From Bdellovibrionota bacterium (GTDB lineage Bacteria; Bdellovibrionota_C; UBA2361; CAKMMH01), in contig JBMNLI010000007.1 in NCBI GenBank assembly GCA_050952645.1, forward strand, positions 1-64,000: a DNA stretch of 64,000 bases, given 5' to 3'. Of the stretch, positions 53,111 to 63,026 are shown piece after piece; position 1 is the first letter of the stretch; each line of letters begins with the position of its first letter. Made by a program: the position numbers and the translations under genes. The notes under the pieces are model-generated. The model did not search any database and was not told the DNA's origin. It saw only the letters and a program-made list of their open reading frames with translations.

Positions 53111-55108
53111 ATGAATAGTAATAAAGAAAAATATTTTACGAAAGGACAGTGGGTGCTATATGGGACTATAATAATTTTAGCACTACTTTTTAGAGGCTCT
53201 GGGCTGGAAGATAGACCTATTCATCACGATGAAGCTATCCATTTAATGCAAGGATATTATTGCTACGCTTGGCCTATGGAGCGCCCAGGCGAGCCTTGCT
53301 ATAAATACGACCCTATGACGCATGGTCCTTTTTTATACCATTCTTTAGGTGTAGTTTACAGGCTTTTAGGTAGCTCTGTATTTTCAGGAAGAGTATATAT
53401 GGCATTTTTAGGTTTTATCTTTGTGCTTCTTCCTTTCTGTTTTAGAAAGTATTTAAAGCCTAAAACTACATTATTTTTAACGATGCTTATAGGACTTTCG
53501 CCTACTATGATTTATTGGTCTCGGTTTGTTAGAAGCGACTACTTGATGCTTTCTTGGTGGTGCATGATTTTATTAGGAGCCGTGCTTGCTCCGCCTAAGT
53601 GGAAATCGTTTTTCGTTATATTAGGTTTAAGTTTGCAGATTTGCACTAAGGAAAATTCGTACGTTTTCTTTGCGATAATGTTAGGGTATTTGTTGTTTGA
53701 GTATTGTTTTTGTAAGTTTAAAGATAATAGTTATAAGGAGACGTGTTTATATAAAATATATAAGAATTTTTTATCTTATAAATTTATGTATCTTGTATCG
53801 ATAAGTGTTTCTCTTTTTGTGATGTATTATTTTTTCTCTAGTGGATTTAAATATTTTTTAGACTCTCCTTCTTTCTTTGAAAAATATTTTGGCACATTGC
53901 TAGATGGTATTTATAGAAAAAGTTTTGCATATTGGTTAGGCTTACACGGGGAGGAAAGAATAAAGGGACCTTTCTTGTATCAATTTTATATGATGGCTTG
54001 GCATGAGTTTTTTTTAGTGCTCGTGTTTTTAGGGCATATTGTTTATCTTATGAAAAAAGCTATTTGGGCAAGATACGTATTTATTTTATCTTTCTTAACA
54101 TCGATAGTTTTAGCTCTAACGCATAGTTATATCGGGCTTACAGATACAGTGATTTGGAATTTTTTTAAATTAAAAAATACTTATGATTTTTTTGGCTTAT
54201 GTATTTTGCCTACTTATTCAGTTGTAGTGACTATTTATCATTTATTAAGAAATGAAAAGGCTTTAGCCTTTTTTGGTTATTTTGCATCGGCAAATATGGC
54301 GACTTACTGTTATCTAGGAGAAAAAGTTCCTTGGCTTAGTGTATATCCTATTTTAGCTTTTATGATTTATTATGCTTTGTTATTTAACGAAGTGCTTAAA
54401 TCGCCTTTTTACGATAAGGCTAAAGAGTTTAGTGTAGCGCTTATGATGAATATTATTGGTGGCATTAGTATATTGCTCGGTATAATTTTTATACTTCAAT
54501 CTGAAAATTATAAGGTATTAGGCAATATTGACTTTATAGTATTTGGTATTATTTTATGTATATTAGCGAGTAGTTTTAAGGAAGCTAAGTTTAATCTTAT
54601 AAAATTTATTTTTATAGTCTTTTTTATTTATGATATTCGAGTAGCTAGGATAGTTAATTTTCAAAATGCTGGAAGTGAGCGTGAGGTTTTTAGTCAAGTT
54701 CATACATCGAGAGAACTACATAATGTTTTAAATGGCATAAAAGATACGATAGATTCTTATAGGTTAGGCTATGAGCCTTTGATGTATGTAAAGGGAGAAA
54801 CTGAGTGGCCTACCGTAACTTATATGATCGGCTATAGGCAATTAAAGTATTCTATGGCAGGGCATAAGTTAGAAGATTTTAAGTATTTAATTGAAGACCA
54901 GGAGTCGACTAGGAAAGAGAAAAAGCAAGAGAGCATCGTTAAGGGGCATGAAGATAAGTATAATTCTAGCTTGATAAAGACTAGATATTGGTGGGCTCCA
55001 GATTACGACAAGATGACGTTAAAGGCATTTTTAAATTACTCTTTTAATCACGTTCCTTGGAGTGGGCCAGGGTATTTTCATGCGATGTTTCATGTTAGGA
55101 AAGAGTAA
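53111..55108 (+). CDS. Agl23-like (TIGR03663) GT-C fold membrane protein
   Basis: RPIHHDEAIH, YKYDP..HGPFL, SP...YWSRF.R.D, TKEN, GEKVPWL and QVHTS. Confidence 0.78.
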   Translation: MNSNKEKYFTKGQWVLYGTIIILALLFRGSGLEDRPIHHDEAIHLMQGYYCYAWPMERPGEPCYKYDPMTHGPFLYHSLGVVYRLLGSSVFSGRVYMAFLGFIFVLLPFCFRKYLKPKTTLFLTMLIGLSPTMIYWSRFVRSDYLMLSWWCMILLGAVLAPPKWKSFFVILGLSLQICTKENSYVFFAIMLGYLLFEYCFCKFKDNSYKETCLYKIYKNFLSYKFMYLVSISVSLFVMYYFFSSGFKYFLDSPSFFEKYFGTLLDGIYRKSFAYWLGLHGEERIKGPFLYQFYMMAWHEFFLVLVFLGHIVYLMKKAIWARYVFILSFLTSIVLALTHSYIGLTDTVIWNFFKLKNTYDFFGLCILPTYSVVVTIYHLLRNEKALAFFGYFASANMATYCYLGEKVPWLSVYPILAFMIYYALLFNEVLKSPFYDKAKEFSVALMMNIIGGISILLGIIFILQSENYKVLGNIDFIVFGIILCILASSFKEAKFNLIKFIFIVFFIYDIRVARIVNFQNAGSEREVFSQVHTSRELHNVLNGIKDTIDSYRLGYEPLMYVKGETEWPTVTYMIGYRQLKYSMAGHKLEDFKYLIEDQESTRKEKKQESIVKGHEDKYNSSLIKTRYWWAPDYDKMTLKAFLNYSFNHVPWSGPGYFHAMFHVRKE

Positions 55109-55155
55109 GTATTTTGGTTCTAAAACCCACTTAAAACGTGAAGAGTAAGTATTTT
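55101..55155 (+). repeat. Partial family A repeat between 15-bp direct repeats
   Basis: AAGAGTAAGTATTTT-GGTTCTAAAACCCACTTAAAACGTG-AAGAGTAAGTATTTT. Confidence 0.75.
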
Positions 55156-55169
55156 AAGGTGTAGCAGAG

Positions 55170-55640
55170 ATGACAAGAAATACAAAAGGAGCGATAAAAG
55201 TAGTAGCAGAAAATAGAAAGGCTTCTTTTAATTATGAGCTTTTAGAACGCTTTGAAGCTGGGCTAGTGCTTAGAGGGGCTGAAATTAAGGCTCTAAGGGA
55301 AGGGAAGATAAGTTTACAAGAGTCGTATATTCGAGTTATAGATGGAGAGCTTTATTTACTTCAAGCGCACATAAGCGAGTATTCTCATAGCAATGATAAA
55401 ACTTACGATCCTGTAAGAAAGCGAAAGCTTTTAATGCATAAGAAAGAGATTTTAAAACTTGGAGCGAAAGTTGAGACGAAAGGTTTGACGCTAGTTCCCG
55501 TAAAAGTTTATTTGAAAAACGGATTTGCTAAGCTCGATATCGCATTAGCTAGAGGAAAAAAATCTCTCGATAAAAGAGAAGCGATAAAAGAAAGAGAGCA
55601 AAAGATAGAAGCTAGCAGGGCTTTAAAGTATAGAAGATAA
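55170..55640 (+). CDS. smpB: SsrA-binding protein SmpB
   Basis: NRKASFNY, EAGLVL.G.EIK.LR, RKRKLLMHKKEI and ARGKK..DKR. Confidence 0.97.
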   Translation: MTRNTKGAIKVVAENRKASFNYELLERFEAGLVLRGAEIKALREGKISLQESYIRVIDGELYLLQAHISEYSHSNDKTYDPVRKRKLLMHKKEILKLGAKVETKGLTLVPVKVYLKNGFAKLDIALARGKKSLDKREAIKEREQKIEASRALKYRR

Positions 55641-55716
55641 TAAATATTTTGCTTATTTGCAGTTTTGTTTTAGTTTATTTTATTTTAGTTTCCGTGAGAG
55701 GAGTGGGGGAAGAATT

Positions 55717-56124
55717 GTGGAAAAACTTAAGTTAGATGTATCAAGGCTTAGAAATGCCTTAGCGTCTTTAAGAAGGTGCTTTAATGATTACAAGGCTAAT
55801 ACTAATGCTACAATGCAGGAGTATATAGAGGATGCTTGTGTAAAAAGATTTGAGTTTACCATAGAAACTTCATGGAAGATTATGAAAAAATATTTAAAAG
55901 AGGTTTATGGTGTGCAAGATAGAGAACTTACGATAAATAATATTTTTAGACTTATGCAAGGTTATGGATTTATAAAATCATGGGAAAGTTGGAAAAGTTA
56001 TTATGAAAGGAGAAATGAAGAGTATAGCCCTAAAAACACTAAAGAGATTTTAAATTATATAGGGCCTTTTTTAGAAGACGTAACATTTTTATACGAGAAG
56101 CTTAACTTTGCATTAGATAAATAA
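55717..56124 (+). CDS. HEPN (HI0074-like) toxin of a HEPN-MNT pair, lacking the catalytic His
   Basis: DACVKRFEFTIETSWK signature; GTG start at 55717; adjacent to an MNT gene. Confidence 0.8.
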   Translation: MEKLKLDVSRLRNALASLRRCFNDYKANTNATMQEYIEDACVKRFEFTIETSWKIMKKYLKEVYGVQDRELTINNIFRLMQGYGFIKSWESWKSYYERRNEEYSPKNTKEILNYIGPFLEDVTFLYEKLNFALDK

Positions 56125-56140
56125 CGAAAGGGAGAAATAG

Positions 56141-56449
56141 ATGAAATACGGGATAAACGAGAAAGAATTAGAGATTGTAAATAGTATTTTAAGCAAGTAT
56201 GAAGAAGATTATTCTTTTTATTTTTATGGTTCTAGGATAAAAGGTAATTTTCAAGCAACGTCGGATTTAGATATTTTAATTAAGGGGGGAAGTGAGATGC
56301 CTTTAAACGTGCTAAACAATTTAAAAAATGGGTTTGATGTATCGCCTCTTTCTTTCATTCCTAATTTTTGTGATTATCATAAAATTTCTAAAGAGTTTTA
56401 TGAACTTATTAAGGCAGATCTTATTTCTAATAGGGAATTGATAGTTTAA
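56141..56449 (+). CDS. Minimal nucleotidyltransferase (MNT) antitoxin
   Basis: FYGSRIKG....SDLDILI motif. Confidence 0.85.
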   Translation: MKYGINEKELEIVNSILSKYEEDYSFYFYGSRIKGNFQATSDLDILIKGGSEMPLNVLNNLKNGFDVSPLSFIPNFCDYHKISKEFYELIKADLISNRELIV

Positions 56450-56451
56450 CT

Positions 56452-56530
56452 TTTTTATTCTTTGTTTTTATTCTTTGTTTTTATTCTTTGTTTTTATTCT
56501 TTGTTTTTATTCTTTGTTTTTATTTTTTTT
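56452..56530 (+). repeat. Tandem 13-bp repeat (TTTTTATTCTTTG x5 plus a degenerate copy)
   Basis: Seen directly between convergent genes. Confidence 0.9.
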
Positions 56531-56535
56531 GTTCT

Positions 56536-57201
56536 TTACTTAATCACATTAAAAATTCTTTTTAAATCGTTAAACGACCAATAGATAAAAAGTGCTTTGC
56601 CTTTAACTCTTTTAGTAGGGAGAAAGTGGCTGTTCCAATATCTCGAATCTTTCGACCTATCTCTATTATCTCCTAGTAAAAATATATGTCCTTTTGGAAC
56701 CGTTATTTCATCGAACTCTCCGCTTGGTAGACCGCCGTAAACCCATTGAGCGTAGTCTTCGTGCGTAGGTTCTCCATTTATGTAGACTATCATATTTTTT
56801 AGCGAAACCTTATCGCCTTCGACAGCTATTACTCTTTTTATAAAATTCATATTTTCTTCTTCTTCGCTATCTATATCTTCTTTAGTAAACACTACGATAT
56901 CGCCTCTTTTAGGTTTCGAGTATTCATAGACGGCATTATCGACAAAGGGGAGCCTTATTCCGTAAGCAAGTTTATTTACTAGTAGATAGTCGCCTATTTG
57001 TAAGGTAGGTATCATAGAGCCTGACGGGATTTTAAACGCCTCGATAATCGTTCCTCTAATAAACAGCCATAAAACTAGAAATATCGCAGCGGTTTTGATA
57101 AAAGAAACTATTTCGTTATTACGTTTTTTATTTTCATTATCGCTTTGTTCGTTTGGCTCGCTTTGATCATTTTGATTTTCTTTATTTAATTTTTCTTGCA
57201 T
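56536..57201 (-). CDS. lepB: Signal peptidase I
   Basis: IPSGSMIPTL..GD, RGDIVVF, FIKRVIA and GDNRDRSKDSRYW. Confidence 0.96.
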   Translation of the reverse strand: MQEKLNKENQNDQSEPNEQSDNENKKRNNEIVSFIKTAAIFLVLWLFIRGTIIEAFKIPSGSMIPTLQIGDYLLVNKLAYGIRLPFVDNAVYEYSKPKRGDIVVFTKEDIDSEEEENMNFIKRVIAVEGDKVSLKNMIVYINGEPTHEDYAQWVYGGLPSGEFDEITVPKGHIFLLGDNRDRSKDSRYWNSHFLPTKRVKGKALFIYWSFNDLKRIFNVIK

Positions 57202-57521
57202 AACTAAAAAGGGTATAACGAGTTTAGTAAAAAAACAAGATTATATCGAAGTTCTTTTATATTAGTTCTTTTATATTACACTAATTTATACTAGTTTATT
57301 TATATTAATTTATTTATATTCCGCATTTTCAATGCGACTTTAAACTCCTAAAACCTTAAAAGGTCAATAGTTTTTTTAGTTTAATAAAAAACCTATTCTA
57401 TATATCTAGTCATTATCTTAAAATCGTAATAAAATTTACTATGTTTTGTATTTTAAAAAATTCCTTTTTATTAGAGTAAATTTTACTTGATTTTAAAAAA
57501 TATTTTTAAAAAAGAGGCTTA

Positions 57522-60500
57522 ATGAATTTTTCAAAAAGTAATAGTTTCGTAAATTTTAATAAAATTTCTTTTATCTTATTAAAATTTTTTCATTCGATAT
57601 TCGATTTTCTTATTTTCATTACGGTATTTTTTTATATAAGTGGTAGATATAGTGGGGAAGACGAGTTTTGGATTACGATGCTTGCATTCGTTTCTTTCTG
57701 CGTGCCTTACTTAATATTTGCCGCATTTAATGGAAGCTTTATAGATAAGTATTCAAGCGTTAAAGCTTTTAGAGCTAGTAGCATCGTAATGCTTTTTTTA
57801 TCGTTAAGTGTAAATTATTTTTTCTCATTAGAAAGCGTTTCAGCACTCTTTATTTTACTATTTTTAGTGGGAGCAAACCGTTCGCTATACGTGGCATCTA
57901 ATTTTGTTTATCTATCTGAAAGATTTAAAGATTACGATAAAAGTAAAGCCTTTATAGCAAATCAAGGTCTTTCATTTTTAGCACTAATAACTATCTTGTT
58001 TTTAGGTGCGGAAAAAGAGCCTTTCTTTGTAAGAAGCGTTTTAATAAGTGTAAGTTTTTTAACGGTAATAATAAGTTTTTTGCAAAAAGATGTTAAGCAA
58101 ATAGAAACTAAGCATATTAAAATAGATTATTTTCCATTAAGTATTTTTAAAACTTTTGAAAAGATGAAAAGACATTTTGGAATAAATATTTCAATATACG
58201 CTTTATCTTCTTTCTGGGCCTTAATATCTATCTTTTGCTTTGTTTTAGTTTATAGAACTTGCCTAGGTATGTCTAATATAAATACCTTGTTGCAAACATT
58301 AGCGCTATTATCTTTAGGTGCCATAGTAAGCGGTATTGCTACTTCCTTTTTATTTAAAGACAAGGTGGAACTCGGCGTAATTCCGCTAGGCGCTTTTTGT
58401 TCTTCCGTATCGTTATTTTGTTTTTCTTTTTTATCTCCTGATGGAATATTTTACGATTTATTAACATTTTTAATGGGCTTTAGTTTAAGTTTTTTTATAC
58501 TTCCAACTTATGGATACGTTCAAAGCAAAATTCCTTATAGACAATCTGGAAGATACAATGCGGCTATTTTAATGATAACAGTTTTCTCTGCATCGATAGT
58601 AGTCGGATTATTCGTATTTGCAGGTTTCGCTTTAGGATTTACAGATAAATCGATTTTAAGAGTAGTTTCAATTTTAAGTCTTGGGTTGACGGTGCATGCC
58701 GCTTTTTTACTTCCTAAATTATTTTTAAGATGTCTAGTCTGGGCTTTAGTAAATATAGTATATAAATTAAAAATAATAGGTATAGAAAATGTGCCTAAAA
58801 AGGGCGGTGCAATAATAGTGTGTAATCACATGTCGTATTTAGACCCTTTTATAATAATGGCTTCGATGACACGTTCGGTTAGGTTTTTAATTTACGATAG
58901 CATCTATAATTTAAAGTATGTAAAGCCGATAGCAAAAATTCTTCGTGCTATTCCTCTCCCAGAAAAAGGTTCAAGAGAAACGGTTCTAGCATTTAGAGAG
59001 GCTGCGAATGCTGTAAAAAAAGGTGAGATAGTAGTTATCTTTGCGGAAGGGCAAGTGTCGAGAGTCGGCAATATGCTTCCTTTTACGTCGGGCTTTACTC
59101 GCATATCAAAAATGACTAAAGCACCAGTTATCCCTATGTACCTAGATAGAATTTGGGGAAGTAGCTGGATATTAAATGATGGAAAGTTTGCTAAAAGTAT
59201 GCCTAAAGAGCTTCCTTATCCGCTAACTATCGTAGTTGGAACTCCGATAAAAGAGCGCACGGACACTTATAGGATAAGGCGTGCAGTTCAAGAGTTAGGG
59301 GCAGATGCATCAAAGTATAAAAAGGAAGTTTTTCAGCTTTTGCACACCTCGTTTATTAGGTCTGCAAAAAGAAAGCCTTTTAGAAAAGTAGCTATCAACG
59401 CTACTGGGCTTTCTTTAAATTATATTACGATTCTAGGAATGTCTCTTTTAATTTCTAGAAAATTAAAAAATGAACTTAAGAACGATAAGTTTGTAGGAAT
59501 AATGATCCCTCCATCTGTAGAAGCGGCCTTAGTAAATATTTCGCTATATTTTATAGGAAAGATTCCTATAAATTTAAATTACACAGCAGGAAATGATTTT
59601 TTACTATCAGTTGAAAAACAGACTGGAATGAAAAAAATAATTACTGCTAAAAAAGTTTTAGAAAAACTTAACAAAGAAAAACTAGATTCTATGTTTTTTT
59701 TAGAAGAGTTATTAAGCGGAGTTAAAAAATCAGAAAAAATTAAATACGTATTGTATGCTCTTTTAATCCCAAGAATTTTAATAGAAAAAATATTCTTAGT
59801 TAAAAGACCGTCTAGACATGATATGGCAACTATTATATTTTCTAGCGGAAGCACTGGAGATCCTAAAGGCGTAATGCTTTCTCACGATAATATTACATCG
59901 AATATAGAAAGCATACTTTCCGCAGTTGAGTTCAACTCTAGTGATGGGTTAGTAGGGATATTGCCATTTTTCCATTCATTTGGATATACAGTTGCACTTT
60001 GGCTTCCACTTCTTAGAGGGTTTAAAATTTGTTATCACAATAACCCTCTCGATGCTACGACCGTTGGCAATATGGTAAAGGAACATAAGCTTACAGTGTT
60101 AGTAGCTACGGGAATTTTTATGGCTACGTATATTAAAAAGTGCGATGTTGAACAATTTAAGAGTTTAAGATTCGTTATAGCGGGAGCAGAAAAACTTCAA
60201 AGGCAGATAGCTAAAGATTTTGAAGAAAAGTTTGGTCTTAAAATTTACGAAGGGTATGGTTGCACAGAGTTATCGCCCGTAGCTGCCGTAAATTTATTTA
60301 ACGCTGATGGGTACTGGAAAGAACAAATCGGAGAGAAATCTGGCACTGTGGGGCGTCCTATGCCGCAAATATGTGCTAAGATTACATCTTTAGAAACTGG
60401 TGAAGAGTTAGGCCCAAATGAAGAGGGTATGCTATGGATAAAGGGCCCAAATGTGATGATGGGATATTATGGAAAGCCTGAGCTTACTAAAGAGGTGTTA

Positions 60501-60905
60501 AAAGATGGTTGGTATTCGACTGGTGATATTGCTATTTGCGATAGGGATGGGTTTATAAAAATAGTAGATAGAGTATCTAGATTTAGTAAGGTTGCAGGAG
60601 AGATGGTGCCACATATAAAGTCAGAGGAACTTATTCAAGAAATATACGGCTCTACAGAAAGATGTTGCGTCGTAACTGGCGTGCCAGATGGAAAGAAGGG
60701 TGAAAAGTTAGTAGTGCTTCACGTTATGGAAGATATCGACCCTAAAGAAATATCGAAAGAGTTGCAAGCAAGGGGATTGGCAAATTTATGGATACCAAAA
60801 CCTGAGGAGTATTATAAGGTTGATGCTTTCCCAGTTCTTAGCACGGGAAAACTAGACTTAAGAGGCGTTAAAAAATTAGCTTTAGATATTACTAGTAGGA
60901 ATTAA
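57522..60905 (+). CDS. aas: MFS (LplT-like) / acyltransferase / acyl-ACP synthetase fusion (Aas-like)
   Basis: About 400 aa of TM region, then NHMSYLD and FAEG (PlsC), IFSSGSTGDPKG, EGYGCTE, WYSTGD and RFSKVAGEMV. Confidence 0.88.
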   Translation: MNFSKSNSFVNFNKISFILLKFFHSIFDFLIFITVFFYISGRYSGEDEFWITMLAFVSFCVPYLIFAAFNGSFIDKYSSVKAFRASSIVMLFLSLSVNYFFSLESVSALFILLFLVGANRSLYVASNFVYLSERFKDYDKSKAFIANQGLSFLALITILFLGAEKEPFFVRSVLISVSFLTVIISFLQKDVKQIETKHIKIDYFPLSIFKTFEKMKRHFGINISIYALSSFWALISIFCFVLVYRTCLGMSNINTLLQTLALLSLGAIVSGIATSFLFKDKVELGVIPLGAFCSSVSLFCFSFLSPDGIFYDLLTFLMGFSLSFFILPTYGYVQSKIPYRQSGRYNAAILMITVFSASIVVGLFVFAGFALGFTDKSILRVVSILSLGLTVHAAFLLPKLFLRCLVWALVNIVYKLKIIGIENVPKKGGAIIVCNHMSYLDPFIIMASMTRSVRFLIYDSIYNLKYVKPIAKILRAIPLPEKGSRETVLAFREAANAVKKGEIVVIFAEGQVSRVGNMLPFTSGFTRISKMTKAPVIPMYLDRIWGSSWILNDGKFAKSMPKELPYPLTIVVGTPIKERTDTYRIRRAVQELGADASKYKKEVFQLLHTSFIRSAKRKPFRKVAINATGLSLNYITILGMSLLISRKLKNELKNDKFVGIMIPPSVEAALVNISLYFIGKIPINLNYTAGNDFLLSVEKQTGMKKIITAKKVLEKLNKEKLDSMFFLEELLSGVKKSEKIKYVLYALLIPRILIEKIFLVKRPSRHDMATIIFSSGSTGDPKGVMLSHDNITSNIESILSAVEFNSSDGLVGILPFFHSFGYTVALWLPLLRGFKICYHNNPLDATTVGNMVKEHKLTVLVATGIFMATYIKKCDVEQFKSLRFVIAGAEKLQRQIAKDFEEKFGLKIYEGYGCTELSPVAAVNLFNADGYWKEQIGEKSGTVGRPMPQICAKITSLETGEELGPNEEGMLWIKGPNVMMGYYGKPELTKEVLKDGWYSTGDIAICDRDGFIKIVDRVSRFSKVAGEMVPHIKSEELIQEIYGSTERCCVVTGVPDGKKGEKLVVLHVMEDIDPKEISKELQARGLANLWIPKPEEYYKVDAFPVLSTGKLDLRGVKKLALDITSRN

Positions 60906-60993
60906 AAATTAAATTGCTAAAGATATTTTTTTGATTTTAAATAGTAGCAAATCGCAAAATAAATTTTAATAATTTTTAAAGGAGATAGAGATA

Positions 60994-61416
60994 ATGTTTA
61001 TAAAAAAAATTAATGATAGTAAATATATGATGCGTTTAGAAAAAGATGAAATGGTAATGGAGAGCATAAAAAAGTTCGCAAAAAAGTATAATGTTAAATC
61101 TGCTGAGGTGCGTGCTTTAGGGGCTATCGATTACGTAAGTTTATCTCTCTATAGACCTGCTACAAAAGATTACGATACAAGGGAGTTTAATGAGCCTTTT
61201 GAAATTTCATGTCTTTACGGAAATATTTCTAGTTTAAATGGAGAACCTTATTCTCACATTCATATTAGTTTAAATAATACTAACTATGAAGGCATCGGAG
61301 GGCATTTAAATGAAGCAAGAATCTCTGCAACGCTCGAAGCTTACATAGATGTTTTTGATGTGGTAGTAGATAGAAAAAAAGATGAGAATGTAAATTTAAA
61401 TGTTTGGGATATTTAA
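60994..61416 (+). CDS. PPC-domain (DUF296) protein
   Basis: EISCLYGNI, HIHI and GGHL motifs. Confidence 0.88.
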   Translation: MFIKKINDSKYMMRLEKDEMVMESIKKFAKKYNVKSAEVRALGAIDYVSLSLYRPATKDYDTREFNEPFEISCLYGNISSLNGEPYSHIHISLNNTNYEGIGGHLNEARISATLEAYIDVFDVVVDRKKDENVNLNVWDI

Positions 61417-61419
61417 TAT

Positions 61420-62085
61420 TTACCCTAAGCTCCAATCTATCTCTTTTTTACCTAGTTTTCTTAAAATCTCATTAGTTTTAGAAAACGGCTTTGAGCCAAA
61501 GAAACCTCTATAACAAGAAAGGGGAGATGGGTGTGGAGCTTCTAAAATAAAATGTTTCGTTTCGTCTATTTTTGCACACTTCTTTTTTGCAAAGCCTCCC
61601 CATAAAATAAAAACAACACCCTCTTTTTCTTCATTAATTTTAGAAATTACAAAATCTGTAAAAGTTTCCCAGCCTATATTTTGATGCGATGCAGGCTTAC
61701 TAGCCTCTACACTTAGCACGGCATTTAATAAAAGCACGCCCTCTTTTGCCCATTTAACTAGAGAGCCACTTTTAGGAGTGCTTATGCCGACATCATCATA
61801 AAGTTCTTTAAATATATTTTGAAGTGATGGAGGAAATGGAACTCCATCTTTTACGGAAAAACTTAAGCCGTGAGCTTGCCCCTCGCCGTGATAAGGGTCT
61901 TGCCCTATAATAACGACTTTTATATCACTAAAAGGAGTATAAGAAAAAGCATTAAAAATATCCTTATTTGAGGGATATATGATTTTTCCTTTTTTTCTTT
62001 CACTTTCAATAAAAGAGATAATATTTTTAAAATATTCTTTTTCCTTTTCTTTACCTAAAATATCTTTCCAAGAAATTTGTTTCAT
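61420..62085 (-). CDS. ung: Uracil-DNA glycosylase
   Basis: GQDPYH, AHGLSFSV, PPSL.NIFKEL, VLLLN and HPSPLS. Confidence 0.97.
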   Translation of the reverse strand: MKQISWKDILGKEKEKEYFKNIISFIESERKKGKIIYPSNKDIFNAFSYTPFSDIKVVIIGQDPYHGEGQAHGLSFSVKDGVPFPPSLQNIFKELYDDVGISTPKSGSLVKWAKEGVLLLNAVLSVEASKPASHQNIGWETFTDFVISKINEEKEGVVFILWGGFAKKKCAKIDETKHFILEAPHPSPLSCYRGFFGSKPFSKTNEILRKLGKKEIDWSLG

Positions 62086-62103
62086 AAATAATTTTTTTTA
62101 ATG

Positions 62104-63018
62104 CTAATATTTTTTTATATCATCTATAGATTGCAAAATGCTTAAGTATGATAAATACCTACTTTCTGCGAGCGTTTTATCTTCTACGCATTTTTTTACA
62201 TAACAATTTGGCTCGGCTCCGTGAAGACAATCGCCATACTCGCATTTTGCACTTAATTTATTTATATCTGTAAATAAAAGGCCTACCTCATACTTATCTA
62301 AAAAAGACACATTAAAATTTGAAATCCCAGGTAAGTCTATTATAAATAAATCTTGCTTTTCTTTATCTCTTTTATCGCTACTATAATGAAAACCGAAAGC
62401 TTGAGTAGTAGTCTGTTTGCCGTGTCCTCTTTTTCCTAGTTCCCCTACTTTGTTTTCAGCGGTTTTAATTAGCTTATTTAAAATACTACTTTTCCCAACG
62501 CCTGAAAGTCCACAAAAAAGCACTTGTTCTTCATTAGTGTTATCAAAATACGCTTTTAAATCATCTATACCTACTAAAGTTTTAGCACTAGTTTTTAATA
62601 TATCGATCCTCAAATTCTTATAGAGCGTTAAAATAGGCATAATTTTTTTAGTATCTAAATCGCACTTATTTAAAATTATACTAACTGGTATATGCTCTTT
62701 ATTTGCAACGCATAGCACGTTATCTACAAAATAAGTATTTATCATCGGCCTAGGGGATACCATTAAAAAAATTCTATCGATATTACAAGCTATGTTTTTT
62801 TCTGAATCAAAATAGTATCTTTTAAAAATATTTTTTCTTTCTAAAAAATTAGAAACGTAAAGCTCTCCTTTTTCAATATAACAATTTACTATATCTCCTA
62901 TAATATAATCGCTTTGATTAGAGGCGAATTTTCCCATCATAATTTTTTCGTTATGCCAAACGTATGCATAACGTCTCGATAAACTAACTAGCCTAGATTG
63001 AAAAGTTTCTAAAGTCAT
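62104..63018 (-). CDS. rsgA: Ribosome small subunit-dependent GTPase A
   Basis: Circularly permuted NKCD, GLSGVGKS, G..TT and DLPG, plus the C....C.H..EP.C zinc site. Confidence 0.93.
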   Translation of the reverse strand: MTLETFQSRLVSLSRRYAYVWHNEKIMMGKFASNQSDYIIGDIVNCYIEKGELYVSNFLERKNIFKRYYFDSEKNIACNIDRIFLMVSPRPMINTYFVDNVLCVANKEHIPVSIILNKCDLDTKKIMPILTLYKNLRIDILKTSAKTLVGIDDLKAYFDNTNEEQVLFCGLSGVGKSSILNKLIKTAENKVGELGKRGHGKQTTTQAFGFHYSSDKRDKEKQDLFIIDLPGISNFNVSFLDKYEVGLLFTDINKLSAKCEYGDCLHGAEPNCYVKKCVEDKTLAESRYLSYLSILQSIDDIKKY

Positions 63019-63026
63019 AAAATTAT

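Noticed and set aside
56452..56530. Tandem arrays here and at 13206, 33405 and 63725 as CRISPR arrays
   Set aside because: Units are 12-17 bp and head-to-tail without unique spacers; no cas genes are present.
55640..56536. tmRNA (ssrA) next to smpB
   Set aside because: No GGGG(C/A)TG-type 5' end or tRNA-like TTCGA...CCACCA 3' end was found nearby.
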